A stretch of DNA of 64,000 nt from a virus (lineage: Duplodnaviria > Caudoviricetes): the IMG/VR virus record IMGVR_UViG_2923682817_000001, positions 32,001 through 96,000 of that record. One strand, written 5' to 3'. The notes beneath the pieces are model-generated. The model saw nothing but the letters and a program-made list of their open reading frames with translations. It was not told the DNA's origin and did not search any database. Positions 8,300 through 18,055 of the stretch are shown piece after piece (the stretch's first letter is position 1; every line of letters begins with the position of its first letter). Made by a program: the position numbers and the translations under genes.

Positions 8300-9450
8300 C
8301 CAGCGCCCCAGGCACCCATTTTCGGACGTTTTTTCTCGTATTTTCGTGCTTGTCGACTCCCCCGTCGGTGACTTGCTGCGTCAGGCCACTGTGCGCCTTT
8401 TTCGAGCATTTTTCCCATATTTTTTATGGTCTGACCTGCAGTGCTAGCAGCCTTGCTCGCGAGCCCGGGAACACTGAATGTCCATGCATGGCGGCTTAGG
8501 CCACTGTTATGTAAATATCCCTGTCAGCTACCTGATTTACCAGGCCGGCGACCTCCGGGCAAGATCATTTAAGGGTGGGGGGTCTCGCCATTTGTCAAGC
8601 CCCTGGGGGAAGTTGCACGAAACCTACAACATGCACACAAAGTTACACTGTGACACGCTGTGTAATACGGACAAGGTAGACATACCTCTTGCCGTGCGGA
8701 ACGTGCCCATTTTGTGCCCCCGCAAGCCTGTGACCTGCGCATATACCCCAATGCCTGAGAACTAAGAGTTGTGGGGCGCAATGTGCCCGACCCCCTGACC
8801 TGCGCATATACAGGGGCGCCCAGAGGGCCAGACGGCACGCATTGGCGCTCACGCACGGCGACGAGGCGGCGCACCTGTTGTCACTTGTCGCCAGCGCCCT
8901 TGACTTTTTGAGGCCACTGCTATATAGGGCCGGCCGCGCGTCTGGCCCCACGCCCCGGAAATGAACATGATGACCATATCGCCTACCCACTGCATACTCA
9001 TGCGCTGCCCTGCATGTCTTACCCCTGCTTGCATGTGCAAGCGTGCTGCAAGCGCCCATGAATACCAATCACAAAATAAAATACCGCAGATAAATACACG
9101 GTAACGACGCGCTATTTATTGAGACCATGCCGCACGGCGCCCGGCGCCCACTGGCGCCCACGCTGACCACGGCGCACCGACCACGCTACCCGGGGGAATG
9201 GGTGGCTGTATCCCTATGTATCTGTAGGGCTCTCAGAGCCACCGAGCGGGCCGATTTTGTGGACAGGTACAGACAGGTATGCCCAGCCTTGATACGCTCC
9301 CCCACAGCGCAGACAGACAAGCGGCGGTTCCCCAGGGTCGGGGATCGTGTGGCCCTGTCTGCGTACGTCGGGCAGTAGTGCGCGCATGCTGCCTGGCGGT
9401 CGGTGCTCTCGTATGGCCGATACCCGAGGGCGCCGATTTTCGCCCGCAAC
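8300..9450. other. long non-coding region, candidate genome terminus or packaging region
   Basis: No GC3-biased ORF, lower GC, T-tracts spaced about 10-11 bp (8319-8344, 8398-8425), TGACCTGC motifs. Confidence 0.4.
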
Positions 9451-9457
9451 ACGAAGG

Positions 9458-9486
9458 AGCCCCCCGGCACTACGGCCGGGGGGCTC
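9458..9486 (-). terminator. terminator of the leftward early arm
   Basis: GAGCCCCCCGG...CCGGGGGGCTC. Confidence 0.7.
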
Positions 9487-9505
9487 AGGTGGTTCTGTGG
9501 GCTGG

Positions 9506-10075
9506 CTACAGGTGGGGATACCGCATGTTGACGACCAGGGCGCCGCGCGGCATACCGTGGGCGGCTGCAACGTCCTCGGCCGCCGCGGAGATGCTGTATC
9601 GCTGCGGGAGGTGGGGCATCCCGGGGCGGCTACGCGCGGCCCAGGTCCCGCCGGTAACGGTGTTGTTGCTCCACAGCGTGCCGCCGGTCTGGTGGATCAC
9701 GGCGTGAAAGCCGTTCGGACCGTGCACCGCGGCGCGGCGTCCCTGGTATCGCTTGGTCATGGTGACAGTGAGCGTGATCATGGTGGCCGGTTCTTGGACC
9801 GGTGCCCACTGGACATGGTGGTGGTACATCTCGCTTGTCACCTGCGCGCCGTTCTCATACCGGGCGCCCAGGACGTAGCGGCCGGTGTTCTCGCCCCCAT
9901 ACATCCGGTCACGCTCGGCCTGGCGGACGCGGGTCTCAGCAACGCCCATGGCGGCCAGTGCTTCGAGCAACTCGGCGCGGTCGGCCACGTGGGTCACGTT
10001 CCAGACGGGCGCGGGCGCGAGCTTGCTCGTGGTGCTGTAGTAGATGTGGACATCGGCGGTGCGGAGCTCGATCAT
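9506..10075 (-). CDS. hypothetical protein
   Basis: Preceded by a hairpin + CACCGAAGGGAAAT unit. Confidence 0.8.
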   Translation of the reverse strand: MIELRTADVHIYYSTTSKLAPAPVWNVTHVADRAELLEALAAMGVAETRVRQAERDRMYGGENTGRYVLGARYENGAQVTSEMYHHHVQWAPVQEPATMITLTVTMTKRYQGRRAAVHGPNGFHAVIHQTGGTLWSNNTVTGGTWAARSRPGMPHLPQRYSISAAAEDVAAAHGMPRGALVVNMRYPHL

Positions 10076-10153
10076 GGCTGATTTCCCTTCGGTGCTGTGT
10101 GGTGGTGGGGAGCGGCGCCCGGCGCCGTGGTGGTGACGCCGGGCGGCCGGTGG

Positions 10154-10660
10154 CTAGATCAGGCTGGCGGGCTGAGCGCTCATGCTCACCAACAGGCCGT
10201 GAGTCGACCCGTTGTAGATCTTGCGGATTTCGCTCTGCGCGCTGATCTCACATCGGCCGCACGCCAGCACGTAAAACATGACCTCGGCCCGCATGTCGTA
10301 AGCCGCGTACCAGTCGGTGAGGGTGACCATTCGGACCGTGATTCGCGGGGCGAAACACAACCACGCTTCCAGGCTGGCGGCGTCGACGTCACGACGGCTC
10401 ATGTTGTAGACACGGGCGGCGAGGATCTTTGCAGCCTCAGTGATCACAGAGGGCGCGCAGGTCTCGCCGTTTTCGTCGGTGGCCAGCACCGGCACGACGA
10501 ACCCGGGGAGACGGCCCGCGGCGGTGGGCGCGTGGGCAGCCTCGCCGGGGTAGACGCCGGTCACGGCAACGGCGGCGTAAGACGGGCGGGTCTCGCGGTA
10601 GTAGCTGTGCATGGTGCGGACTGCCAGGGAGAGAACGTCGGGGGCGGTCGTGATGTCCAT
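10154..10660 (-). CDS. hypothetical protein
   Basis: Preceded by a hairpin + CACCGAAGGGAAAC unit. Confidence 0.8.
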   Translation of the reverse strand: MDITTAPDVLSLAVRTMHSYYRETRPSYAAVAVTGVYPGEAAHAPTAAGRLPGFVVPVLATDENGETCAPSVITEAAKILAARVYNMSRRDVDAASLEAWLCFAPRITVRMVTLTDWYAAYDMRAEVMFYVLACGRCEISAQSEIRKIYNGSTHGLLVSMSAQPASLI

Positions 10661-10738
10661 GGGGCGGTTTCCCTTCGGTGCTGTGTGATGGGGGGTGGCG
10701 CCCCGGGCGCGGTGGTGGTCACGCCCGGGGCGAGAAGG

Positions 10739-11932
10739 TCAGGCGTCGGCGAAGCTGAAGGAAACGGCGTCGGCCGGGAGGCTCCAGTACTCGGCGAGCA
10801 TCTCGGCGGCGTGCTCGGGCCGGGCCAGGCAAGAGAACCCCTGAGCGTCCGGGCGCAGCTGGCCGTCTTGCTTGAGCAGCTTGCGGCCCGAACCAAGCTG
10901 AGCGATGGCGGACCATCCCGCGGTCTCCCGCCACACAACGCCCGTGCTCATGGGACCGATCACGCGGAACAGGCGGCCGTTGCCCTCCTCGTGCAGGAAC
11001 AGGAGGGTCTTAGGCCCGCCGTCGCTGATGGTGTGGCGCTGGCGCTTGATGTCAGAGAGCAGGGACGCGGCGGCGTCAATGGCGTACTGCTCTACGGTGA
11101 ACCAACGGACCGGGGCGGGGGTGTCGTAGGTGGTGGGAGCGCCGGGGACGCGGCCGTGAACGATGCCGTACCACGTGCAACGGTGGTCGGAGTACGTGAT
11201 CACCCAGATACGCCCGGCGCGCGGGTGCTTGTCGGTGGGGTCAGCCGGGACCACGGTCTCGCCCGTAATCGTCGCGGCCACGTTGCCGCCGGTGAACCCG
11301 GGCGCCTTCGTGTGGATCGTCTCGCCCACGGTGGGGTAAGGGCGCTCTTCCTCGGTGGCCGGGGTCAGGTAGGCCTCAAACCAGGTCAAGATGTCGTCGG
11401 CGGCGTCGTCGACCGGCGCCGATTCCTGCGCGGCCTTAACCCGGGCGACGGTGGCAGCCAGAACCGGGACCATCTCGGCGAGCTCGGCGAGGCGGTCGAC
11501 CGGGGCGGGGGTCTCCTCCCCCTCCCCCTGCTCAATCTCGGCCGGGGTAGTCGCCGGCGACTCCTCAAGGGCGGCTACCTTGCACTCTCGGCAATTGGTG
11601 CTAGTCATGGCCCTACGCTCCACCGTGCCGTCTTTCGAGCCCTCGGTGGTGATCCACGCCGTGATCATGTGGCCGCACTGGTGGGTGATCACGCAGACGT
11701 GAAGATCATTGGCGGCGATGGTCTCGGCGTTGTCGGCGACAAGCTGCGTGTGCTCCCTGGAACCCAGGTGGCCGACCACGTACATGGGCTCCATGAAAGA
11801 CCGCTTCTTTCCCTGCCCGTCTTCGTAGTGGCGACGCACAGAGTGGGTCTTGGTGCTGATCTCGGAGCGCTTGATGCCGAACTGGGCGAGCGTGTCCTTG
11901 ATGCGCTTGGCGTTGGGGCTGAGGTAACCCAT
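10739..11932 (-). CDS. hypothetical multidomain protein
   Basis: ATG after the AAGGGAGCACGAAA leader of an operator cassette. Confidence 0.8.
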   Translation of the reverse strand: MGYLSPNAKRIKDTLAQFGIKRSEISTKTHSVRRHYEDGQGKKRSFMEPMYVVGHLGSREHTQLVADNAETIAANDLHVCVITHQCGHMITAWITTEGSKDGTVERRAMTSTNCRECKVAALEESPATTPAEIEQGEGEETPAPVDRLAELAEMVPVLAATVARVKAAQESAPVDDAADDILTWFEAYLTPATEEERPYPTVGETIHTKAPGFTGGNVAATITGETVVPADPTDKHPRAGRIWVITYSDHRCTWYGIVHGRVPGAPTTYDTPAPVRWFTVEQYAIDAAASLLSDIKRQRHTISDGGPKTLLFLHEEGNGRLFRVIGPMSTGVVWRETAGWSAIAQLGSGRKLLKQDGQLRPDAQGFSCLARPEHAAEMLAEYWSLPADAVSFSFADA

Positions 11933-12066
11933 TTTCGTGCTCCCTTGCGGTTGTTCTTGGTGGACTACTTGGAGCCTAGCACGCATGAGGAATGTACAGC
12001 AACATATTCCTCAAATTGGCCTCTGGGCAGCAGAAAACCCCCGCACCATGCGCGGTACGGGGGTTT
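11930..12066 (-). promoter_or_regulatory. early expression cassette: terminator (12034-12066) + operator (11988-12011) + promoter + conserved leader
   Basis: TTGCTG-18-TAGGCT; leader CCACCAAGAACAACCGCAAGGGAGCACGAAAATG. Confidence 0.8.
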
Positions 12067-12115
12067 GCTGGCGGCCCTGTAAGGGCCTCAGAGGGCGCTG
12101 TCGGCCAGCAGGGGG

Positions 12116-13516
12116 TCAGACATGCGCGGGGGCGGTACCGGTGGGGCTGAGACGCCACACCGACGCCTGGAAGGGCTCCGCGTACTCGTAAAACGCCTCG
12201 ACCATCGCCGTCTGCGTGACCGGGTCGACGGACAGGACACGGCGCGCAAAGCGGCTGCCCTCAAGAGTGAACGTCTGAGCAGAGGGGACGTTGGGACCGG
12301 TCACCTTGACGGGCGCCGATTCCCGCTCGGTCACCTTGTCACCCCACGGGAAGACTTCGGCCTGAACATCGCTCATGGCGTGGGCGGCAGACTTCCAATC
12401 GGCGTGGTAGCTGCGCACGTCGCGAGTGACGTACGTTTCTCCGGCGGGGTCGACCGGCACCGACGGCCAGAAGACCGCCACAACGAACGGCGTGACGCCG
12501 TGCGAGGGGTCGTAAGTGGATCGCTCGACCACGGCCACGACGCCATCACGGGCGCGTCCCTTGCCCCAGGACACGGCCTTTACGGTGCCCGTGATCGTGT
12601 TGAAGGGCGCGTACACGAGTACGCGCGTGTTGGGCACGGGAACCCCGAGCGTCTCCGGCCCCCTGGTCGTCTTCACGACTTCGCGCGACAGGTCGAAGGC
12701 TGAGACCGTCGTCAGCATCTTGCCCTCCAGGGTGGACACGTTGACCTCGGCATAGACGCCGTGCACATACATCACGCGAACACGCTTGGTTTCGCCGTTT
12801 TCGTCGGTGAGGGTGAACCGTTCGGCGGCGAACAGCTCGGGGGCCAGCTGCCACGCGGACACCGTCTCGGCCCGGCCAGCACCAAATACGGTGATGCTGC
12901 CGTCAGGGTAGGCACACAGCGCGCGAACGGTCTCGGTCTGGCCGTTCTCGGCGGTCAGGGTGAAGCTGTCGGCGGATTCAGTGAGCCAGTTGTGGCGCGC
13001 GTCATCCTCGGGGCGCTCATCCTCAGTCGTGCGCTCAGTCTCGGCCTGCTCAGCCAGGTACTCGGCCGACGGCACCCGCACGTAAGGCTCAGGGCTCAGA
13101 GCGTCGGCGGAAACCGTGGTCTCCAGGCCGTCACAGTAGATGTCGGCGAGCGTGGCCGGGGCTCCGAGTTCGTCCAGCACAACCCGGACACTCCACACGT
13201 CGGCGCTGTCGGTGGTGCCCTCGTCGTTGGTGTAGGTGATGCCATCCATTCCCGCGGCGACGGTGGCCGGGGCGGTTACGGCAATCACAGTAGCGGCCTT
13301 GTCGTTGAGCTCGATCGTGTACGCCTTACCCTCCACATGCTCAATCAGACGCGCGGCCTTGATCTGCTTGAGCATCTCCCAAACCGGTTCCTGCCAAGTA
13401 ACGGGCTGGCCGAGACGGCGGCCGTTCTCGTCGCAGCCAGACACGAAGCCCGTCACGACGGTGCAAGCGGCCTTGATCTCGTCGACCCTCTTGGAGTTGC
13501 GGGCGATGGTTCGCAT
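12116..13516 (-). CDS. hypothetical protein with about 4 internal repeats of a small beta domain
   Basis: (F/Y)TLT-x-ENG-x-T...VSAxxL units. Confidence 0.8.
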   Translation of the reverse strand: MRTIARNSKRVDEIKAACTVVTGFVSGCDENGRRLGQPVTWQEPVWEMLKQIKAARLIEHVEGKAYTIELNDKAATVIAVTAPATVAAGMDGITYTNDEGTTDSADVWSVRVVLDELGAPATLADIYCDGLETTVSADALSPEPYVRVPSAEYLAEQAETERTTEDERPEDDARHNWLTESADSFTLTAENGQTETVRALCAYPDGSITVFGAGRAETVSAWQLAPELFAAERFTLTDENGETKRVRVMYVHGVYAEVNVSTLEGKMLTTVSAFDLSREVVKTTRGPETLGVPVPNTRVLVYAPFNTITGTVKAVSWGKGRARDGVVAVVERSTYDPSHGVTPFVVAVFWPSVPVDPAGETYVTRDVRSYHADWKSAAHAMSDVQAEVFPWGDKVTERESAPVKVTGPNVPSAQTFTLEGSRFARRVLSVDPVTQTAMVEAFYEYAEPFQASVWRLSPTGTAPAHV

Positions 13517-13651
13517 TTTCGTGCTCCCTTGCGGTTGTTCTTGGTGGACTACGTGGAGCCTAACACGTCTAAGGAATCTACGTAAACACATTCCTCAGAT
13601 AGGGCTGTGAGCAGCAGCGAACCCCCACCCCATGCGCGTTGCAGGGGTTCG
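13514..13651 (-). promoter_or_regulatory. early expression cassette (operator 13572-13595; terminator 13619-13651)
   Basis: TTTACG-18-TAGGCT; leader identical to the 11930 copy over about 39 bp. Confidence 0.8.
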
Positions 13652-13663
13652 CTGGCAGGGCGG

Positions 13664-15214
13664 TCAGGAAGTGGTCAGCGTGCGGCGCTCGGCCTCGGCC
13701 CAGAGCGCAGAGTCGTCGGGCGCAGCCTCCAAGCGCTCCCAGAGCTCCGCGTCAGGCAGGCTGGCCAACGTCGCGGCGATCATCTCGGCCAGCTCGGCCG
13801 CCCAACGCACGTCGATCTCTGCGCGGACCTGCGCGAGGCGGGCGGCGACCGACGGGGCGAACCGGTCGCCCTCGCAATCCAAGACCCCCGACTCTTCCTC
13901 AAGGGCTTCAGTGGTCATGGAGGCGACGTCGGGCCGCGGGGCGATGGCCACCAGTACGGCCGGGCGCGGCGCGCGTCGCTGGGCGGGCACCGGCGGGGCG
14001 GCGGGCGCTTCGACGGCGGGCGCCTCGGGCGCGGCCTGGTCGACGTCGGCGGGCGCGGTCTCGGGCTCGGACTCGACGGCCGGGGCGGTCTCGGCGGGCG
14101 CCTCGGGCGCGGCCTGGTCGACGTCGGCGGCCGGGAGCATCGCGGCCTTGGTCGGGCGCTTGAAGTACCCAAAACACGGATCGTCTTCGGAGACTTCCAC
14201 GGCCGCCGTGAACTCCAGCCGGTCGCCCTTGTCGACACTGAGGGCGGACGGGCACGTTCCCCAGACCATAAAGCCGCGGTCGTCCTTGACGGTGATCTTC
14301 ACCGAACCGCCGCGCCCGTACCCATAGTTATTGTCTCGCCATTCGGCCTTGAGAACCGTTCCCGCGATCTTGATGCGCTTGTCAGTCACCGGGACCGGGG
14401 AGGCCTCGGACTGCTCACGGGCGCGCTTGGCCGCGCGCTCGTCGGCCTGGTCGACGATCTTCGCCAGGGTGGCCGACTGCTTAGGGGTCAGGTAGCCGTA
14501 CCGGTTGAAGGCGCGCACCATGTCGTCAGTGAAGCGGCCCGCCCAGTCAGACAGCACGCGGTAAAGGCGGTGCTGTCGCTGGCTCCCCCGCGCGGGGAGG
14601 CCGTTTTCCCGCACGTAGTCCAAGCGGTAGTAGCCCGTGCACGTGGAGACGGGGATCTGTCGCGGGTCAACGTCGGCGTTGTGGTTGGCCGCGGCGAATT
14701 CGGCGTCTTCCAGCGCTTCGGCGTTGCGCTCCGCGTGCTCCTCCTCGGTCTTGCACAGAGAGCACATGCGGTCGAATTCCTGCCACTCGTCCAGGAAGGC
14801 CAGCAGGCGCGCGTTCTCCTCCCCCTGGGCCAGGAACGCGGCCCGCTTCTCGGCCCGCTCGGCCTCTATGCGCAGCTGCTCGCGGCGGTTGGTCGACTGG
14901 ACCTGAAGGAAACGGATCTTCCCGGCGGCCTCGGCCGCGATCTCCATTTTCTCGGCGCAGTCCTGGCCGATGGTGATCCACTTGCCGGTAGGGGCGTAGA
15001 GGAAAACCGCGATGTAGCGCATACGCGAGCCGCAGATGTCGCACTTCGTGGCCGCGCGGCTGGTCTCGGCGTTGGGCCGGTAGGTCTCACGCTCCCACTT
15101 GATGAACTCGTGGGAGTAGTCCTTACGCTCTTCGTCCCAGCAGTCCACCGCGTCCATGAAGTGGTAGGCGGTGGCGTCGATGACGCTCGGTCGGTGGTCG
15201 TCGGTGCGGATCAT
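13664..15214 (-). CDS. hypothetical protein: Zn-binding CxxC N-domain, OB-fold-like domain, Pro/Ala linker
   Basis: CDICG..IGQDC; RIKIAGTVLK..GDRLEFTA..FKRP. Confidence 0.8.
   Translation of the reverse strand: MIRTDDHRPSVIDATAYHFMDAVDCWDEERKDYSHEFIKWERETYRPNAETSRAATKCDICGSRMRYIAVFLYAPTGKWITIGQDCAEKMEIAAEAAGKIRFLQVQSTNRREQLRIEAERAEKRAAFLAQGEENARLLAFLDEWQEFDRMCSLCKTEEEHAERNAEALEDAEFAAANHNADVDPRQIPVSTCTGYYRLDYVRENGLPARGSQRQHRLYRVLSDWAGRFTDDMVRAFNRYGYLTPKQSATLAKIVDQADERAAKRAREQSEASPVPVTDKRIKIAGTVLKAEWRDNNYGYGRGGSVKITVKDDRGFMVWGTCPSALSVDKGDRLEFTAAVEVSEDDPCFGYFKRPTKAAMLPAADVDQAAPEAPAETAPAVESEPETAPADVDQAAPEAPAVEAPAAPPVPAQRRAPRPAVLVAIAPRPDVASMTTEALEEESGVLDCEGDRFAPSVAARLAQVRAEIDVRWAAELAEMIAATLASLPDAELWERLEAAPDDSALWAEAERRTLTTS
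14014..14130. repeat. 39-bp perfect direct repeat in the linker (ADVDQAAPEAPA x2)
   Basis: 14014-14052 equals 14092-14130. Confidence 0.85.
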
Positions 15215-15348
15215 TTGGGGCTCCTTGCGGTCGTTCTTGGTGGATTACGTGGAGCCTAGCACAGATGAGGAATATACGTAAACATATTCCTCAACATGAG
15301 CCTGAACAGCAGAAACCCCCAACACCACATGAGGCGTTGGGGGTTTCT
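15212..15348 (-). promoter_or_regulatory. early expression cassette (operator 15268-15291; terminator 15312-15348)
   Basis: TTTACG-18-TAGGCT; CCACCAAGAACGACCGCAAGGAG leader. Confidence 0.8.
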
Positions 15349-15367
15349 GTGTGGGGCTGTGGGGGCC

Positions 15368-15796
15368 TCAGTCCTCACCGGGCTGCATGAGGGTGAGAAC
15401 GGGTTCCCCCTTGTCCCCGGGGCCGAGGTGGACCACCAGGGAGACGCGGCGGGCCATCCTCCCGCGGCCACCGCGCGGCACCCGGTAGAGCTCCACCGGG
15501 GCCTTGCCACCACGACGACGGACGGCGTTGATGGCAAGGCGGGTCATCCAGACCACGTCCCACAGGCGCCCGGCCTGGTCCTGTACGGTCCCCTTGCGGT
15601 TGTTGTCGGCGTCGGTCCACTCCACGCAGTCGGCCCACACGGCCGCCGTCATGGCCAGCGGGATCACAATCCCGGCGTTCTCCAACAGGTCGGCCGGGAC
15701 TTCTCGGAGCAACTCATCTGCGATCAGGTCCGCCCGGGTGATTACGTCGATGTCATCGCCGAAAAGCTCGTTCATCTCGTCTTTGGTCATGCTCAT
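15368..15796 (-). CDS. DUF6573-like protein
   Basis: TRADLIAD..PLAMTAAVWADCVEW..QDQAGRLWDV..GPGDKGEPVLTLMQPGED. Confidence 0.8.
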   Translation of the reverse strand: MSMTKDEMNELFGDDIDVITRADLIADELLREVPADLLENAGIVIPLAMTAAVWADCVEWTDADNNRKGTVQDQAGRLWDVVWMTRLAINAVRRRGGKAPVELYRVPRGGRGRMARRVSLVVHLGPGDKGEPVLTLMQPGED

Positions 15797-15876
15797 GATC
15801 CGATTTCCCTTCGGTGGTGTGTGGTGGTGGTGGTCCGATCCGCCCCCGGACATCGCGCCCGGGGGCGGATCCGATG

Positions 15877-17151
15877 TCATGCGGCCAGCGCGGCGGCGTC
15901 CTGGTCGGTGGGGCTCTTGGCGTCGAATCCGAGGGCCGACAGGATCTCGTTAGAGACCTGAAGGACGCGGGCGGCGCTGTCCTTCACGGCCTTGACGTCC
16001 TTCCCCCAGCCGGCCACGTAGGGGACCGCGTACTGAGCCGATTCGATGCCCGCGACAGTGGCGACCACGAACGACACCGACTCGGCCTCAACCTCCTGGG
16101 CCTCCCGGCTCATGCCTCGCGTGTTGTGCTCGCACATGATGTGCGCCAGCTCATGCGTGAGGGACGTCACGGCCTGCGCGTCGACCTGGTGGCCCTTGAC
16201 CACAACGCGCCGTTCGGCGAAGTTCACGAAAGCCTCAGCGCTCCCGGCGTCGCCACGCTCCAAGGTGTACCCGCGGGCCTCAACCTGCGCGGCCAGCGCA
16301 TCCCACAGCCACGCCGGAGCATCGCCGGTCAGATCCTGGGGAATCGGCGCGGCGGCCGTCGGCACTGGCTCCCCCTCGGTCTGGGAGATGTCGAACACCG
16401 GGACCAGGAAGAACCGCGTGGAGTCGAACCCGGAGATAAGGGTGATCTCGGTTTCCTGACCGGTCGCGGCGTCGGTCTCCGTAACGGTCATGGTGTCGGC
16501 CTTCTTGGTGCGGGGCGCCCAGACCTTGAGAGACTTGCTTCCCTTGATCACCGTTCGTCCAAGCTTGTTCCACTCCGAAAGCGGGCGGACGTCGGTTGCT
16601 TCGGGCATCTGGGTCCGCAGAAAAAGCGTGTTGTTCAGGCTGTACTTACGCAGGGACGCCCGGAATCGGAGCATCTCGGCCCAACCCTCCGCGGTGGTCA
16701 GGGTCTCTACCGCGGCCGTCAGTGCCTCGTGGGCTTCCTGCATGCGCTTGGCGCGCTCCTCCGGGGTGAGACTGAACCGACCGGACTTCTTCTTGCCGGT
16801 CTTCTTCTTGCCGTTCTTCGCGGTGGTGGACTTCTTGGCCGGTGCGGCGGCGGCCTTGACGGGCTCGGGCTTGGGCTCAGGCTTGACCGGCTCGGGCTGC
16901 TGGCCGTCGATCTCAGCGAGGGCCGCCCGCCCAAGGTCGGTGATCACATAGGCCCAGTTGCTGCGGTCGGTCGGGGTGTTCTTCTCGACCAGACCGCGCC
17001 GCTTGAGAGCCTGCACCGAGTTGGCGTTAACGCCAGCCCTGCGCATGTCGTCCAGGAAGGCGGCCACGCTGCCGCCGGCGACTGCGAGATTCCGGAGGCT
17101 GGTGATCATCAGGGCGGAGAGGCCGCGGACGTTGTCGAGAGTGTTCGCCAT
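15877..17151 (-). CDS. ardC: ArdC-family ssDNA-binding/anti-restriction protein with an extra N-terminal wHTH
   Basis: YSLNNTL, WNKLGRTV.KG, PVFDISQTEG, HELAH zincin motif, EAESVSF. Confidence 0.85.
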   Translation of the reverse strand: MANTLDNVRGLSALMITSLRNLAVAGGSVAAFLDDMRRAGVNANSVQALKRRGLVEKNTPTDRSNWAYVITDLGRAALAEIDGQQPEPVKPEPKPEPVKAAAAPAKKSTTAKNGKKKTGKKKSGRFSLTPEERAKRMQEAHEALTAAVETLTTAEGWAEMLRFRASLRKYSLNNTLFLRTQMPEATDVRPLSEWNKLGRTVIKGSKSLKVWAPRTKKADTMTVTETDAATGQETEITLISGFDSTRFFLVPVFDISQTEGEPVPTAAAPIPQDLTGDAPAWLWDALAAQVEARGYTLERGDAGSAEAFVNFAERRVVVKGHQVDAQAVTSLTHELAHIMCEHNTRGMSREAQEVEAESVSFVVATVAGIESAQYAVPYVAGWGKDVKAVKDSAARVLQVSNEILSALGFDAKSPTDQDAAALAA

Positions 17152-17287
17152 TTTCGTGCTCCCTTGTGGTTGTTCTTGGTGGATGTGAAGACCGTAGCAC
17201 GTCCAAGGAATCTAGTGCAACACATTCCTTAAAAATGCCTCTGAGCAGCAGAGAGCCCCAACGCCATGCATGGTGTTGGGGCTCTCT
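17149..17287 (-). promoter_or_regulatory. early expression cassette (operator 17206-17229; terminator 17251-17287)
   Basis: TTGCAC-18-TACGGT; CCACCAAGAACAACCACAAGGGAGCACGAAAATG. Confidence 0.8.
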
Positions 17288-17297
17288 GGTGGGGTGA

Positions 17298-17606
17298 TCA
17301 GTGGTCGCAGGTGACCGTCTTGCACTTGGCGAGCATCTCGTCAGCCCTGTCGTAACCCACGGTTGGCGACGACTCCCCCAGGCCGAGCAGTGCGGCAAGG
17401 CCGACGCGGAAGGCGTGCGCCTCGCCGTTGTAGAGCACCCACAGCATTGCGTCGCCGCCCTGGGTGAAATCCGGGTGGTGGTACTTGGCGGCCTGCCGGT
17501 ACGCGCCACACGCGTTGTAGGTGAGGCTGCGCGCCGCCTTGGTGATGTGCTCGCGCAGCTGGTCGGCCGGGGAAATGTCCGTGACAGGGGCGTTCTTGAT
17601 TCGCAT
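17298..17606 (-). CDS. hypothetical protein
   Basis: GGAG RBS; ORF fills the gap. Confidence 0.7.
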   Translation of the reverse strand: MRIKNAPVTDISPADQLREHITKAARSLTYNACGAYRQAAKYHHPDFTQGGDAMLWVLYNGEAHAFRVGLAALLGLGESSPTVGYDRADEMLAKCKTVTCDH

Positions 17607-17638
17607 ATGAGGCTCCGAGCGCTTGGTGTGGGGGGTGA

Positions 17639-18016
17639 TCAGGCGGCGGCCGAAGTGCGGCCGTAGTTGCGGCTGTAGCTCTCGGCCTCGGCCATGCCGT
17701 TCTCGAAGTGCTTGGAGCCGTGCAGCATGCCGTACCAGCCGAGAATGCGGTAAGCGTCCACGACAAGCGGGTTCATCTCGGCCTCCTCCCGCATGCCAAG
17801 CTGCTCGTACATACCGAGGAGGTAAGCGCAGGTCTGGCGGGTGGCGCGGGCGCCGGTGAAAACGACCTGCCAGCTACCCGGGATCAGCCAGCGGCTACCC
17901 CGACCGGTGCGCAGGTCGGCCCCCTGAATGACGTTGCCGATTCCTCCCTCCGTGAGCGCCTCAACCTCCGCGGCGACGGCGTGAACGATCGTTCCCGTAA
18001 TGATCATGCGGCGCAT
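17639..18016 (-). CDS. hypothetical protein
   Basis: First gene of the leftward arm, behind a cassette leader. Confidence 0.75.
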   Translation of the reverse strand: MRRMIITGTIVHAVAAEVEALTEGGIGNVIQGADLRTGRGSRWLIPGSWQVVFTGARATRQTCAYLLGMYEQLGMREEAEMNPLVVDAYRILGWYGMLHGSKHFENGMAEAESYSRNYGRTSAAA

Positions 18017-18055
18017 GTGGTGCTCCCTGCGGTGCGTTGTTCTTGGTGGTGTGCA

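Noticed and set aside
10097-17232. Long plus-strand ORFs (661, 550, 472 aa)
   Set aside because: Antisense shadows of GC3-rich minus-strand genes that carry the RBS and promoter cassettes
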